The notes below the pieces were generated by a model. The model did no database searches, was not told where the DNA came from, and saw only the letters and a program-made list of their open reading frames with translations. A stretch of DNA of 64,000 nucleotides from Capsulimonadaceae bacterium (GTDB lineage Bacteria; Armatimonadota; Armatimonadia; Armatimonadales; Capsulimonadaceae): the NCBI GenBank assembly GCA_031292625.1, contig JARLGU010000058.1, positions 8,903 to 72,902 on the forward strand. The letters run 5' to 3'. This document shows positions 8,879 to 18,487 of this stretch, piece after piece; position 1 is the first letter of the stretch; every line of letters starts with the position of its first letter. The position numbers were made by a program, and so were the translations under genes.

Positions 8879-9841
8879 CTATAGGCTGTCTTCGCGAAGC
8901 TCCAGCCACGCGATCTCCTTGGCCGAAAGCTTGACGTCGAGAGCCTTCGTGTTGTCCGCGATCTCGTCAGGAGTTTCGGGCGCAATCAGCGTCGCGAGAC
9001 GAGCGGATTGGCTCAGGACATAAGCGAGAGCCACCTGCGGGATCGACAAGCCGCGGCTGGCGGCGAGTTCTCGCGCACGGTCGAGTCGCTTGAAGTTGTC
9101 CTCGCTGTAGTAGCAACGCTTGATCATGGCCGCCCGACCTTCCGGCAGTTCGCTCTTGTCGCGCGTCACTTTTCCGGACAGAAATCCGCCAGCAAGCGTC
9201 GACCACGTGAAGAGCGTAATGTCCGCCGTCGCGTAATACTCCCGCGCCTTGCGTCCCTGCTCGCCGCCGATGCTAACGCATTCCGCCCAGGGCTCATCGA
9301 TCATGTCGACGAGGTTGAAGTTGGGGTTGCTGATCGCGAACGGCGTCAGGCCGTGCTCCTTGGCATAAGCATTTACCTCGGCGATCCTTGCGTGAGTCCA
9401 GTTGGACCCGCCGAAAACGCCGATCCGCCCCGCCTTGTGATGCTCGTTGAGCGTCTCGACGATCGGGCCAACCGGAAAGCTGGGATCGTCGCGGTGAAGG
9501 ATGTAGATATCGATGTAATCGACCTTGAGGCGGCCGAGCGAGTCGTAGATGTCCGCCGTAATGTCCCAGGGCGTCACCCTCCGGCGAACGTCGTTGTGGT
9601 GCGCGCCCTTCGTCAGGATGTTCACCCGATCGCGCACGCCGCGATCGGCGATCCACTTGCCAAGAGCCGGCTCATTGCCATATACTTGCGCGGTGTCGAA
9701 GGTATTGATGCCGTTTTCGAGGGCGGCATCGAACAGGTCGAAGACCTTATCGCCAAGCGGTCCGGTCATCGTCGTACCCTGGATCAGCCGCGAGACGGGC
9801 TTCTTTGCGCCAGGAATTTGTAGGTATTGCATCTGTGTCAT
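8879..9841 (-). CDS. Aldo/keto reductase
   Basis: 320 aa. INTFDTAQVYGNEPALGKWI...ILTKGAHH...DIYILHRDDP...IGVFGGSNW are AKR-family signatures. Confidence 0.9.
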   Translation of the reverse strand: MTQMQYLQIPGAKKPVSRLIQGTTMTGPLGDKVFDLFDAALENGINTFDTAQVYGNEPALGKWIADRGVRDRVNILTKGAHHNDVRRRVTPWDITADIYDSLGRLKVDYIDIYILHRDDPSFPVGPIVETLNEHHKAGRIGVFGGSNWTHARIAEVNAYAKEHGLTPFAISNPNFNLVDMIDEPWAECVSIGGEQGRKAREYYATADITLFTWSTLAGGFLSGKVTRDKSELPEGRAAMIKRCYYSEDNFKRLDRARELAASRGLSIPQVALAYVLSQSARLATLIAPETPDEIADNTKALDVKLSAKEIAWLELREDSL

Positions 9842-9844
9842 AAC

Positions 9845-10831
9845 TTAATCCTCTACCGGGTACTTGAGGCCCCACTGAGACCGTATGCGGTCGCAAGTGC
9901 GAATGATGCTGACCGTTTCGGAATGCGGCAGCGATTCCGATTCGATTCGGCCCGCGCGAACGTTGGCAGCCACTTCAAGAGCCTCGAACTCGTAGCCGTT
10001 GCCTGCGACCTGGATCTCGATAATCTCTTCCTTGCCGCCCGCGTTGATGACCAATTTGCGCGGATTCCAAAACTTTGCAGGAAGGCGAATATTGCCTTCC
10101 GTCCCGAGCACAACCGCTTCCTGCAGCGTGTTGATGCGAACGCCGGTGGAGATGAGCGAAATCTGGCCGCCCTTATGACCGAGCACCACCCCCGCCTGCT
10201 CGTCGACCCCGGTCGAACCAATATCCGCAATCGACGCCACCTGCGCTGGCTCGCCGAAGATCATCGACGAAAACGACAGGGGGTATACGCCGACGTCCAG
10301 CAGACCGCCGCCGGCGAGGGCGAGGTTAAACAGACGTCCCTCCGGATTAAGTCCCGCCCGAAAACCGAAGTCGGCCTGGATCATTCGCGGCTCGCCAATC
10401 CGTCCCTCCGCCACAAGCTTGCGAAGCAGGACCGTGATCGGAATAAAGCGGCTCCACATGGCCTCCATGACGAAGACCTTGGCCTCTCGCGCGGCGTCGA
10501 TAACTTCGCGCGACTGCCGCTCGTTCACCGCAAACGGTTTCTCGACGAGCACCGGCTTGCCGGCGCGAATGCACAGCAGCGCGTCCTCGCTGTGGAATGT
10601 GTGCGGCCGGGACGCATAGATGGCGTCGACATTCGGGTCGGCGACAAGCGCTTCATAGCTGTCGTACGTCTTGGTCGCGCCATACTGTGCGGCGAATGCG
10701 TCCGCGCGTTCCTTTGAGCGGGAACCGATCGCATACAGCTCGTGCTCCGGCAGCGCCGCGAGGCCGGTGGCGAACGAACGCGCGATTGAGCCGGGTCCTA
10801 AAATACCCCATCGAAATTTTTGATTCGGCAT
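9845..10831 (-). CDS. Gfo/Idh/MocA family oxidoreductase
   Basis: MPNQKFRWGILGPGSIARSF...EKPFAVN. Start set at ATG 10831, preceded by AGGAGGG. The track ORF starts 24 nt earlier. Confidence 0.85.
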   Translation of the reverse strand: MPNQKFRWGILGPGSIARSFATGLAALPEHELYAIGSRSKERADAFAAQYGATKTYDSYEALVADPNVDAIYASRPHTFHSEDALLCIRAGKPVLVEKPFAVNERQSREVIDAAREAKVFVMEAMWSRFIPITVLLRKLVAEGRIGEPRMIQADFGFRAGLNPEGRLFNLALAGGGLLDVGVYPLSFSSMIFGEPAQVASIADIGSTGVDEQAGVVLGHKGGQISLISTGVRINTLQEAVVLGTEGNIRLPAKFWNPRKLVINAGGKEEIIEIQVAGNGYEFEALEVAANVRAGRIESESLPHSETVSIIRTCDRIRSQWGLKYPVED

Positions 10832-10890
10832 ATAAATGCCCTCCTGACCGAGCAAGTGGCCGCCATGAAATTTTGGCCACGGTGGCTTGG

Positions 10891-10926
10891 CAAAAATTAA
10901 GCGGCAGGTCCCGTGAGACCTGCCGC
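10891..10926 (-). terminator. Intrinsic terminator downstream of the ANTAR regulator gene
   Basis: Perfect 10-bp stem GCGGCAGGTC/GACCTGCCGC (10901-10926) followed on the minus strand by TTAATTTTTG. Confidence 0.65.
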
Positions 10927-10959
10927 AATTCTAAAATATACGAAAAAGTTTTGAGTTAG

Positions 10960-11535
10960 CTAAACGCTGTGCGCCAGAATGATCGCCTCGGCAATTTCGC
11001 GCATGCTCTTGCGGGTGTTCATACTCTGCACCTGGATGCGGCGGAACGCTTCCTGCTCCTTCAAACCGTACTGGTCCATCAGGATCCCTTTGGCTCGGTC
11101 AACGGCCTTGCGCGTCTCCAGCTTGTTTTCAAGATCGGAGACTTCGTTCTCAAGGTCCATGAACTCTTCATACCGCGAGATCGCGATTTCGATCGCGGGA
11201 ACGAGATCGGCCTCTTTGAACGGCTTCACAAGGTAAGCGAAGACGCCGGCATCTTTTGCGCGGTCGACAAGATCCTTTTGCGAATACGCCGTGAGCAGCA
11301 GGACCGGCGCGATGCCCTCGGTGGTGATTACCTTTGCAGCGTCAATGCCATCGAGTTCAGGCATCTTGATGTCGAGAATGATGATATCAGGCTTAACCTG
11401 TCGAGCAATCTCGACGGCCTTTGCGCCGTCGCCCGCTTCTCCAACCACCTGATGCCCCATATTCTCGAGGGTCTTTTTCAAATCCAGACGAATAATCGGC
11501 TCATCGTCCGCGATCACTATTTTCAACGAATCCAT
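10960..11535 (-). CDS. Response regulator with ANTAR RNA-binding output domain (AmiR/NasR/PdtaR-like)
   Basis: REC domain KIVIADDEPIIRLDL...DIIILDIKMPELDG. ANTAR domain RKAVDRAKGILMDQYGLKEQEAFRRIQVQSMNTRKSMREIAEAII. Confidence 0.9.
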   Translation of the reverse strand: MDSLKIVIADDEPIIRLDLKKTLENMGHQVVGEAGDGAKAVEIARQVKPDIIILDIKMPELDGIDAAKVITTEGIAPVLLLTAYSQKDLVDRAKDAGVFAYLVKPFKEADLVPAIEIAISRYEEFMDLENEVSDLENKLETRKAVDRAKGILMDQYGLKEQEAFRRIQVQSMNTRKSMREIAEAIILAHSV

Positions 11536-11837
11536 AATCTTTGTCGGCTACCCTTTCCTGGAGGCGCTCGTCGAAGGAACGCCATTGCCTGACCTGCCGC
11601 GGCACTCTCCGTCTGGTTGCGCCCATACCGGAAATCTGCTATAATGCACTGCATGCCGTCGTGAGACTGGCTCGGATGTAGATTGCCGGGCCCGTACCGC
11701 AGCGTGATGACCTCAATTATAACATATTTTGCCCCCCGCTCGATGCTCAACGCGGTTGACGACCCAAAATGCAGGCGTCCGCGCGGGTCCTTAATCGAAA
11801 TATCACTTCAAGTACCGGGTTAGGAGCACACTACACG

Positions 11838-12758
11838 TTGAAGCACATCGTGAGCGTCAGCCTCGGATCATCGCTGCGCAATAAATCCGTCACTGAAACC
11901 ATTTTCGGGGAAGAATTTCTGATCGAGCGTTTTGGCGTCGATGGCGACATGGATGCCTACCGAAAGAAGCTGATCGAACTCGACGGCCGCGTCGACGTCT
12001 TTGGTCTGGGCGGCACGGACCTTTACGTTTACGCGGGCGAACGCCGGTATACGTTTAAAGACATTCGCAAGATGGTCGAACCCGTCCGGCAAACACCCAT
12101 TGTTGACGGCAGCGGCCTCAAAAACACCCTCGAACGCGAAACGATCGTTTACCTGCAGAACAACGGCCTCGTTGACTTTCGTTCGCTTAAGACGCTGCTC
12201 GTTTCCGGCGTGGACCGCTTTGGCATGGCGGAGGCGCTCGCCGAGCAAGGCGGCCCGGTTATCTACGGCGACTTGATGTTCGCCATGGGCGTCGATTGCC
12301 CGGTCAAATCGATTGGCGCCCTGAAATCCTTGGCCTACGTAATCATGCCGATTATCGTAAACCTTCCATTCACGTGGTTCTATCCTACCGGCGACAAACA
12401 GAACTCGATCGAGCCTAAATGGCAAAAGTATTACAAGTGGGCGGACGTCATTGCGGGCGACTTCCTGCTGATCCGCAAATATATGCCGGACGATCTGACG
12501 GGTAAGATAATTCTGACAAACACGACAACGGCGGAAGATCGCGTCGAACTCCGCAAGCGAGGGGTGAAGTCGCTAATCACGACGACTCCTGAGTTCGACG
12601 GGCGGACATTCGGCACCAACGTCATGGAAGCTGTTCTCGTCGCGTCATCGGGCAAGCAGCCGCATGAATTGACGCCGCAGGACTATCTTGATCGCCTGCG
12701 CGAACTCGGCTGGCAGCCCGGCGTCAAGTCGCTGAGCGGTTCGGACGACGCCGTTTAA
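11838..12758 (+). CDS. Uncharacterised protein of the family commonly annotated 'quinate 5-dehydrogenase'
   Basis: KHIVSVSLGSSLRNKSV..EFLIERFGVDGDMDAYRKKLIELDGRVDVFGLGGTDLY..VDGSGLKNTLER. I prefer the in-frame TTG 11838, preceded by AGGAG (11822-11826), over the track start 11769. Family assignment is from memory of homologues. Confidence 0.55.
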   Translation: MKHIVSVSLGSSLRNKSVTETIFGEEFLIERFGVDGDMDAYRKKLIELDGRVDVFGLGGTDLYVYAGERRYTFKDIRKMVEPVRQTPIVDGSGLKNTLERETIVYLQNNGLVDFRSLKTLLVSGVDRFGMAEALAEQGGPVIYGDLMFAMGVDCPVKSIGALKSLAYVIMPIIVNLPFTWFYPTGDKQNSIEPKWQKYYKWADVIAGDFLLIRKYMPDDLTGKIILTNTTTAEDRVELRKRGVKSLITTTPEFDGRTFGTNVMEAVLVASSGKQPHELTPQDYLDRLRELGWQPGVKSLSGSDDAV

Positions 12759-12792
12759 TCGAGTACGAACCGAGAAAGCTGAAAGACCTTAC

Positions 12793-13926
12793 GTGGAAAA
12801 GTTTGCGTTCATCATCCATCCGATCGATCCCAGGCGAGACATGGCGCGCCATCCCAAGTATTGGTACGCCAAATACATGCCCGAATCCGTGATCGAGCGG
12901 TTCATGAAGAAAAAGGAACCGCTCATCGCCTCGCATATCACTGGCATACGCAGCGCGACGGGGGTCGAGGCGGAGGGATGGTTCGTCGCTTGCCCGCTTT
13001 CCCCACGTCTCTTCATGAGCGAGCCTGAAGATTTCATCTACCACCGGCTAATCCAGTGCGGAAAGATCGCACAGGATCTCGGGGCGAAGATTATCGGCCT
13101 CGGCGCTTTCACGTCCGTCGTCGGCGACGGCGGCGTGACTGTCGCCAAAAATCTCAATATCGCGGTCACGACCGGCAACTCGTATACCGTGGCAACGGCA
13201 ATCGAGGCCGCGGTGGACGGCGCAAGGCGGATGGGGATCGAATTGCCCAACGCCACGGTCGCCGTGGTCGGCGCAACGGGTTCCATCGGCAAAACCTGCG
13301 CGAGCATCCTGAGCCACCAGGCCGGCGCCGTCGTCCTGATCGGCCGCGATCCGGAAAAGCTAGACGCGACGAAAGCCGAAATGCCCGCCCCAAACGCCGG
13401 CAAGATCTCCACGAGCACCGACATCGCTTTCGGTCTTCGTGACGCAGACATTGTTGTGACCGTGACGTCGGCGGTCGACGTTGTCGTGCAGCCGGAGCAT
13501 CTCAAAATCGGCGCAGTCGTTTGCGATGTGGCCCGACCGCGCGATGTCTCAGTTCGCGTGGCGCGCGAGCGCAACGACGTGCTCGTCGTTGAAGGCGGCG
13601 TGGTTGCGGTTCCCGGACCGGATGTGAATTTTGGGATGTCGTTCGGCTTTCCGCCCAAGACTGCGTACGCCTGCATGTCCGAAACGATGATGCTCGCACT
13701 CGAAGGCCGGTACGAGTCTTTCACGCTCGGAAAATCGGTAAGCGTCGCTCAGGTCGAACAAACCACCATGCTCGCGAAAAAGCACGGGTTTCATCTGGCG
13801 GGTTACCGATCGTTTGAGAAGGCTGTCTCGGAAGAAGCGATCGGCGCTATCCGCGCAAACGCCGATCGAAAACGCGCTGCTGGCTTACCCTCTGCCGCGC
13901 GCTCGCCGCAACCGGCAGCGCGTTAG
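12793..13926 (+). CDS. Acyl-ACP reductase (AAR) family / shikimate-quinate dehydrogenase-like NAD(P) oxidoreductase
   Basis: Collinear with cyanobacterial AAR as I recall it: FAFIIHP.., LGAFTSV, TTGNSYTVA, ATVAVVGATGSIGK, YACMSETMMLALEG (Cys at the AAR catalytic-Cys position), KKHGF. Confidence 0.65.
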   Translation: MEKFAFIIHPIDPRRDMARHPKYWYAKYMPESVIERFMKKKEPLIASHITGIRSATGVEAEGWFVACPLSPRLFMSEPEDFIYHRLIQCGKIAQDLGAKIIGLGAFTSVVGDGGVTVAKNLNIAVTTGNSYTVATAIEAAVDGARRMGIELPNATVAVVGATGSIGKTCASILSHQAGAVVLIGRDPEKLDATKAEMPAPNAGKISTSTDIAFGLRDADIVVTVTSAVDVVVQPEHLKIGAVVCDVARPRDVSVRVARERNDVLVVEGGVVAVPGPDVNFGMSFGFPPKTAYACMSETMMLALEGRYESFTLGKSVSVAQVEQTTMLAKKHGFHLAGYRSFEKAVSEEAIGAIRANADRKRAAGLPSAARSPQPAAR

Positions 13927-13997
13927 GCGAGAAGTTCCATCCGAAATCGGCGTGGGGCATGCCGCGTTGCGAGAGTCGAGAAAACCGGCGATAACCG

Positions 13998-14249
13998 CTA
14001 TACCGCGCTGTCTCTCTCTACGGCATCGACAATCTTGTCACGGTTTTCGCGGAGTTTCTGAGCGGCCCGGCGAAGAAGATCGGGTCCACTCGCCTCGCCT
14101 GCGGGGTTGCCGGCGATTGGCGCCTGCTCGGCGCGAACAAGCTGGACGAGATACGCCGCAAGCGCGCCGGCGATCACTCCGAGGGCAAGGATCGTGAACG
14201 CACCGCCTCCCTCATTTCCATTCCCGTTTGAACTTTTCACGCGAGCCAT
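13998..14249 (-). CDS. Small membrane-anchored hypothetical protein
   Basis: 83 aa with one hydrophobic helix, AFTILALGVIAGALAAYLV. No family recognised. Confidence 0.35.
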   Translation of the reverse strand: MARVKSSNGNGNEGGGAFTILALGVIAGALAAYLVQLVRAEQAPIAGNPAGEASGPDLLRRAAQKLRENRDKIVDAVERDSAV

Positions 14250-14268
14250 CCCTTGCGGCGACGCCGCG

Positions 14269-14496
14269 CTACTCGTTGCCAGCCGCCGCGATTAGCTCGT
14301 GCAGTCGCGCCATGTATTGCGCGCGAGCATAAATCGCCTCGGTAATCGTTTCACCCTTTTGGATGAGTGGAAACCCATAGTAGCCAGCGACGTCCTTGAC
14401 GACGGTTCGGCCAACGACCGGCGCGACAAAGCCCGCCGCCGCGCGCTGCGATGCGATCGGAACCGTGCGCGTCGACGACGATTCGTTAACTGCCAT
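14269..14496 (-). CDS. Hypothetical small protein
   Basis: 75-aa ORF in line with the neighbouring minus-strand genes. No family recognised. Confidence 0.35.
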   Translation of the reverse strand: MAVNESSSTRTVPIASQRAAAGFVAPVVGRTVVKDVAGYYGFPLIQKGETITEAIYARAQYMARLHELIAAAGNE

Positions 14497-14540
14497 GATT
14501 GCCCCTACCCTCTCGATGAATCGTTCAATCCGCCCAAGGC

Positions 14541-14921
14541 CTATTCGGCGCTCGTCTCGGATTCCACCGCGTCATGGGCCGGGATTTCCTCCAGACCGTA
14601 GACGAGACGCATGATCGTGTCGAAACGCACCAAGCGCAAGACACGCTCCGGCTGCCGGCCAGGACTGAGAATGAGCACCAGCGAACGCGAGTCCGCGGCT
14701 AGACGCTTTCTCGCCTCGACTAGCAGAGCCAGCCCGGCGCTGTCGATAAACTCGACGCGCGACACATCGATAATCAAATTTCTATTCTGGTTGTTCGCGG
14801 CTTGCACCATTAGCGGATCGCGCAACATGGCAACCGTCGTAAGGTCCAACTCGCCGGACACATCTAGAATCGGCCCCTTGTCCGATTCCTTCTCCTCCAC
14901 AACTAGCTCGGCTACTCTCAT
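14541..14921 (-). CDS. STAS-domain anti-sigma-factor antagonist (SpoIIAA-like)
   Basis: From ATG 14921: MRVAELVVEEKESDKGPILDVSGELDLTTVAMLRD...LIIDVSRVEFIDSAGLALLVEARKRL, the typical STAS pattern including the DSAG Ser. Confidence 0.75.
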   Translation of the reverse strand: MRVAELVVEEKESDKGPILDVSGELDLTTVAMLRDPLMVQAANNQNRNLIIDVSRVEFIDSAGLALLVEARKRLAADSRSLVLILSPGRQPERVLRLVRFDTIMRLVYGLEEIPAHDAVESETSAE

Positions 14922-15062
14922 GGAATTGCACCCAATCTTCCTATGCGGATCGTCGCATTGATCGATTGCGAACGACCGGGCATACATCCACTAACAGATA
15001 TAAATTATAGGATATTAGCGGTCATCCGTCAAGACGTAACCGCACTCAATCGTATCATACCG

Positions 15063-16271
15063 TTAATTTATAAGCGAACAAAGCACTTCTTTCCCATTTT
15101 CGCGCCATTGCAAGGGAGGCGACTGCATTGCGCCGGGACAACACGTGTACGATACTCCCATCTTCGCGAGGAGCTTGCCAACCTCATTCATATCCGATTC
15201 ACGTCCCGATGCGACACCTGCTCCTTGTAGCTTACCACAGGCTGAGCCAAGCAGCAACTCCAGTTCATCGCGAACAAAAGGATGAACGTAAACAACGCCG
15301 TATGTTGGCGAAAATCGAAATCCTCCAGAATGAATGCACGCGACGGTCCAGCGAAGCCGCTCGTCCTCCCACAAGCGCGCCCCCTCCTCAAACCGCGCCA
15401 TCTCACGCGCCTCGCGAACGCGCGCCGCCCGCCGGGCCGTTCGTAGGTCCCTCACCAACGGCATATCCGACGCTCCTAAGGATTTCCCAAGCGCGTCGCA
15501 GAAGTCGCAGGCGTCGTCGAAGCGCCCCTCAACGAAAATGGTGTGCGGCGAAAGACACCCTCCCTGATCGTACATCAAGATGTCGCGCGCAAACCCGCGC
15601 GCGGCCCGGCCGCGTTCCGCGCCTCGAAGCACGACTCCCAGCGACGCCATGTGGCCGTACCCGACAAGTTTGTCAGGGTCACAAAACGATGCATACGCCT
15701 CCAGAGTCGTGTCGCTTCCGTAGACAACCAGCTTATCCGTCGAGCACGCTAACGTCCGATCCAGACGCGCGTTCCCGCCGGTCCAAGAGAGCATGTCGAT
15801 CAATCCGGCGATCTCGGGAGCGACCTCATTCAGGCTCCTCGCCAAGAGGCGCAGCCACGCCGCTTCCGCGCTCGACGGCAACTTGACCAGCGACGCGCTT
15901 CCGACCAGCAGCGCCCGCAACGTCGTCGTCCAGCCCAGTAACGGCGTGTTCGACGCGAGCACGTGTCCGATCACCTCCGGAGCGCGAGCGAGGTCAGGGC
16001 TCTCCTCCCGAACCAATGCGCGGAGCTTCTGCGCCGTCAGCGACGGCAGAAGTCCCTGGAGCGAAACGTCGACCATCTCGATTGGAAACGCACCGGAATC
16101 CCTTGCCGCCGCCCCGCGTCCCGCGTAGCCTGGATCGCGCCAGAGGGCCGCAACTTCGTCGATGGCATCGATCGCGCGCATCTGCAGTCCCATAAGCCCA
16201 TAAACCGCCGCCAGGTCCCTTCTTCGCGCACGAAGCCCGGCCGCCGCATTGTCGATTACGGACGGTTCCAC
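15063..16271 (-). CDS. LuxC-family acyl-CoA (fatty acyl) reductase-like protein
   Basis: IGHVLASNTPLLGWTTTLRALLVGSASLVKLPS and the overall length resemble LuxC. Start is uncertain: GTG 16271 is chosen, the track start 16394 overlaps the upstream gene by 139 nt, and ATG 16193 is also possible. Confidence 0.6.
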   Translation of the reverse strand: MEPSVIDNAAAGLRARRRDLAAVYGLMGLQMRAIDAIDEVAALWRDPGYAGRGAAARDSGAFPIEMVDVSLQGLLPSLTAQKLRALVREESPDLARAPEVIGHVLASNTPLLGWTTTLRALLVGSASLVKLPSSAEAAWLRLLARSLNEVAPEIAGLIDMLSWTGGNARLDRTLACSTDKLVVYGSDTTLEAYASFCDPDKLVGYGHMASLGVVLRGAERGRAARGFARDILMYDQGGCLSPHTIFVEGRFDDACDFCDALGKSLGASDMPLVRDLRTARRAARVREAREMARFEEGARLWEDERLRWTVACIHSGGFRFSPTYGVVYVHPFVRDELELLLGSACGKLQGAGVASGRESDMNEVGKLLAKMGVSYTCCPGAMQSPPLQWRENGKEVLCSLIN

Positions 16272-17386
16272 AGCGCCTCCACTGTCAACGAACAGCCTCG
16301 CACCTCGGCATCGGGCGCACGGCCAAGCAAATGAAATCCATCCCCCTCCGCAATGGCGAGGTCCTGCGTCTGGATTGCCAGAACGCTGTTCCAATTCGCA
16401 AGATCGTAATGACGCAGCAGCCCGGCGGTTCCCTCGGCCGCGTCGGCGCCAGTCTCCGGATCGATGATCCGCGTTCTCGTCCAGTGCGGCCCTTTATACG
16501 GCCCGACCTCGCCCTGGTTGTAGAACTGCGACGCCATTTCGCTCATGCCGTATTCGCCAAGACAACCCTTATCGTCAATCGTGAACCGCTCCCGTAGCAT
16601 TGCGTAGAATTCGTCTTGCGCCACCTCGCGCGTGCGTCCCTTAAAGCCGCCCGTGTTGACCACCAGGCTCCCCGGCGGCAGCGGCCAGCGGGCATCGGGA
16701 TAGTTATCGAAAAGCGCAACGAACGCGAAACCGGTTCCGAAGAGCGTAACCGGCTCCCGGGCTTCGGCAAGCGCGCCGGCAAGGCTGGACCAATCGTCCC
16801 AGAACCACCGGGACGCGCCAAGAGTTGCCAGCATGTGGCTGAGCGATGAATGAGGGGCTTCGTTCGGCGATGGCATCATCGCCCAGAGAGGCTGCCCGGA
16901 CGCCCCTGGAATGGCGTCCTCGAAGCCCCGCGTTAGACTGCGATCGTATAGCTCCACCGCCGCACGGTCCATGTAATGCTTCGACGCCCTTGCCTCCGTC
17001 GTTCCGGAGGAGTGGAACACCCGTGACGATGATTCGATCGGCGAGCACGTCAGGTCGTACGCCTTGAAGGCAACGGACGGCGCCGCTGGGATCTCCCGCC
17101 ATGACGTAACGTTCTCGGACTGAATGCCGGAGGCGGCGACGTACCGCCGGTACGCCTGGTTGCACATGACCTGACGGCTGAACAGCTGAAGCGCCAGCGA
17201 ATTGAAATCGCCCGCCCCAGGATCATCAATAAACGCCGAAAGAGATTCGAATAGGCAATGATCCACGAATGAATTGTACCTTGCGACGCAGAGACGATTC
17301 CGCAACGAGTTATGCAATTCACTCCGGCTTCTCGCAACGAGGCCACGAGCCGTGCGCGCCACGCTTCTTTGAAAATCATCAGGCAT
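16256..17386 (-). CDS. LuxE-family acyl-protein synthetase / adenylate-forming enzyme-like protein
   Basis: 376 aa. VFHSSGTTEARASKHYMD is an adenylation-type SSGTT motif. It lies immediately upstream of the LuxC-like gene and overlaps it. Confidence 0.6.
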   Translation of the reverse strand: MPDDFQRSVARTARGLVARSRSELHNSLRNRLCVARYNSFVDHCLFESLSAFIDDPGAGDFNSLALQLFSRQVMCNQAYRRYVAASGIQSENVTSWREIPAAPSVAFKAYDLTCSPIESSSRVFHSSGTTEARASKHYMDRAAVELYDRSLTRGFEDAIPGASGQPLWAMMPSPNEAPHSSLSHMLATLGASRWFWDDWSSLAGALAEAREPVTLFGTGFAFVALFDNYPDARWPLPPGSLVVNTGGFKGRTREVAQDEFYAMLRERFTIDDKGCLGEYGMSEMASQFYNQGEVGPYKGPHWTRTRIIDPETGADAAEGTAGLLRHYDLANWNSVLAIQTQDLAIAEGDGFHLLGRAPDAEVRGCSLTVEALWNRP

Positions 17387-17419
17387 TTAAATTTGCAATC
17401 CGCCGTCGAAAATTTCCCC

Positions 17420-17471
17420 TTGCCAACGCTGCCGCATGGTAGTATAATAGGGGCAGGGTGAAGCGGTACAC
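17420..17471 (+). promoter_or_regulatory. Sigma-70-type promoter (TTGCCA-17-TATAAT) plus imperfect palindrome GTGAAGCGGTACAC (candidate LacI operator)
   Basis: TTGCCA 17420-17425, TATAAT 17443-17448. The 14-bp palindrome 17458-17471 (5 of 7 pairs) sits between the -10 box and ATG 17477. Confidence 0.4.
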
Positions 17472-17476
17472 CAAAT

Positions 17477-18487
17477 ATGACAACAATCGACGACATTGCA
17501 AGTGAGTGTAGGGTTTCAAGAACGGCCGTCTCGCAGGTCCTGAATGGAAAGGACCGCAAACTGAGCGCCGCGACTCGCGAGCGCATTCGCGATACCATGC
17601 GGCGCCTCAACTACCGGCCAAGCGCCAAAGGGCGAGCGCTTTCAACCGGCCGTTCCAACACGATCGGCGTCGTCACCAAAATGCAGTCGCATCTATTGGC
17701 AATGCCATACTTTGCCGATATCGTTAGCGCCGTACTCGACGGTGCGACCGAGGCAGAGATGACGATGGCGCTTTTCAACGGCAGCGTCTGGTCGAAAAGC
17801 GATCCTCAGCGACTGCTATTCGCTGACGGCCGGTGCGACGGGCTGATCGTAATCGGCGCATGGCAACTCGAAGGGTTGGTTGACGGGCTGATTCGCGCCG
17901 GTATCCCGTTTGTGGCCGTCAATAGCGGCGAACTGCCTGACGGATGCGCGTCTATCGATATCGACAACGTCGAAGCGGGCCGGGCCGCGACGCGCCATCT
18001 TGTCAGCCTGGGGCGCAAACGGATTGCTTATTGCCATGACGAAGAGGACAGTGCGTTTAGCCGTCAGCGATGCGACGGGTATGCGCAGGCTCTTCATGAG
18101 GCACACATCCCGGTTGAGGACAATCTCATTATTGGATGCCTGCCCGGCGTAAATAGCTACGGAAAAGGATTGCTTGCCGCCTCGATCAATCCGCCAATCG
18201 ATGCCGTGTTTTGCGCAGGCGATCAAGTTGCTTTAAGCGTGATGCAGGCCATTCGCGATTCGGGGATGTTAGTGCCCGATGATGTGGCGGTGGTTGGGGT
18301 AAACGGTGAATCGTGCGGAGCGGTGTCCGTGCCGTCCCTTACGACCGTGAGCCAGCGTCTCTTCGATCTCGGGACGGAAGCGGTGCGTATGCTGCTTGCA
18401 ATGATTGAAAACCCTAGCGCTGGAAAGCAACTCGTGTGGCCAACGGAATTAATAATTAGAAGTTCAACAACGAAAGAGGGGTCATGA
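17477..18487 (+). CDS. LacI family transcriptional regulator (cassette A)
   Basis: [27 protein letters not shown] plus a periplasmic-binding-fold effector domain. Confidence 0.9.
   Translation: MTTIDDIASECRVSRTAVSQVLNGKDRKLSAATRERIRDTMRRLNYRPSAKGRALSTGRSNTIGVVTKMQSHLLAMPYFADIVSAVLDGATEAEMTMALFNGSVWSKSDPQRLLFADGRCDGLIVIGAWQLEGLVDGLIRAGIPFVAVNSGELPDGCASIDIDNVEAGRAATRHLVSLGRKRIAYCHDEEDSAFSRQRCDGYAQALHEAHIPVEDNLIIGCLPGVNSYGKGLLAASINPPIDAVFCAGDQVALSVMQAIRDSGMLVPDDVAVVGVNGESCGAVSVPSLTTVSQRLFDLGTEAVRMLLAMIENPSAGKQLVWPTELIIRSSTTKEGS

Noticed and set aside
9827-10717. 296-aa plus-strand ORF (also 9008-9823, 10969-11592, 13038-13724 and 53693-54490 on the opposite strands of real genes)
   Set aside because: Each lies antisense to a gene with clear family motifs and shows the low-complexity, R/A/G/P-rich composition of GC-frame artefacts.
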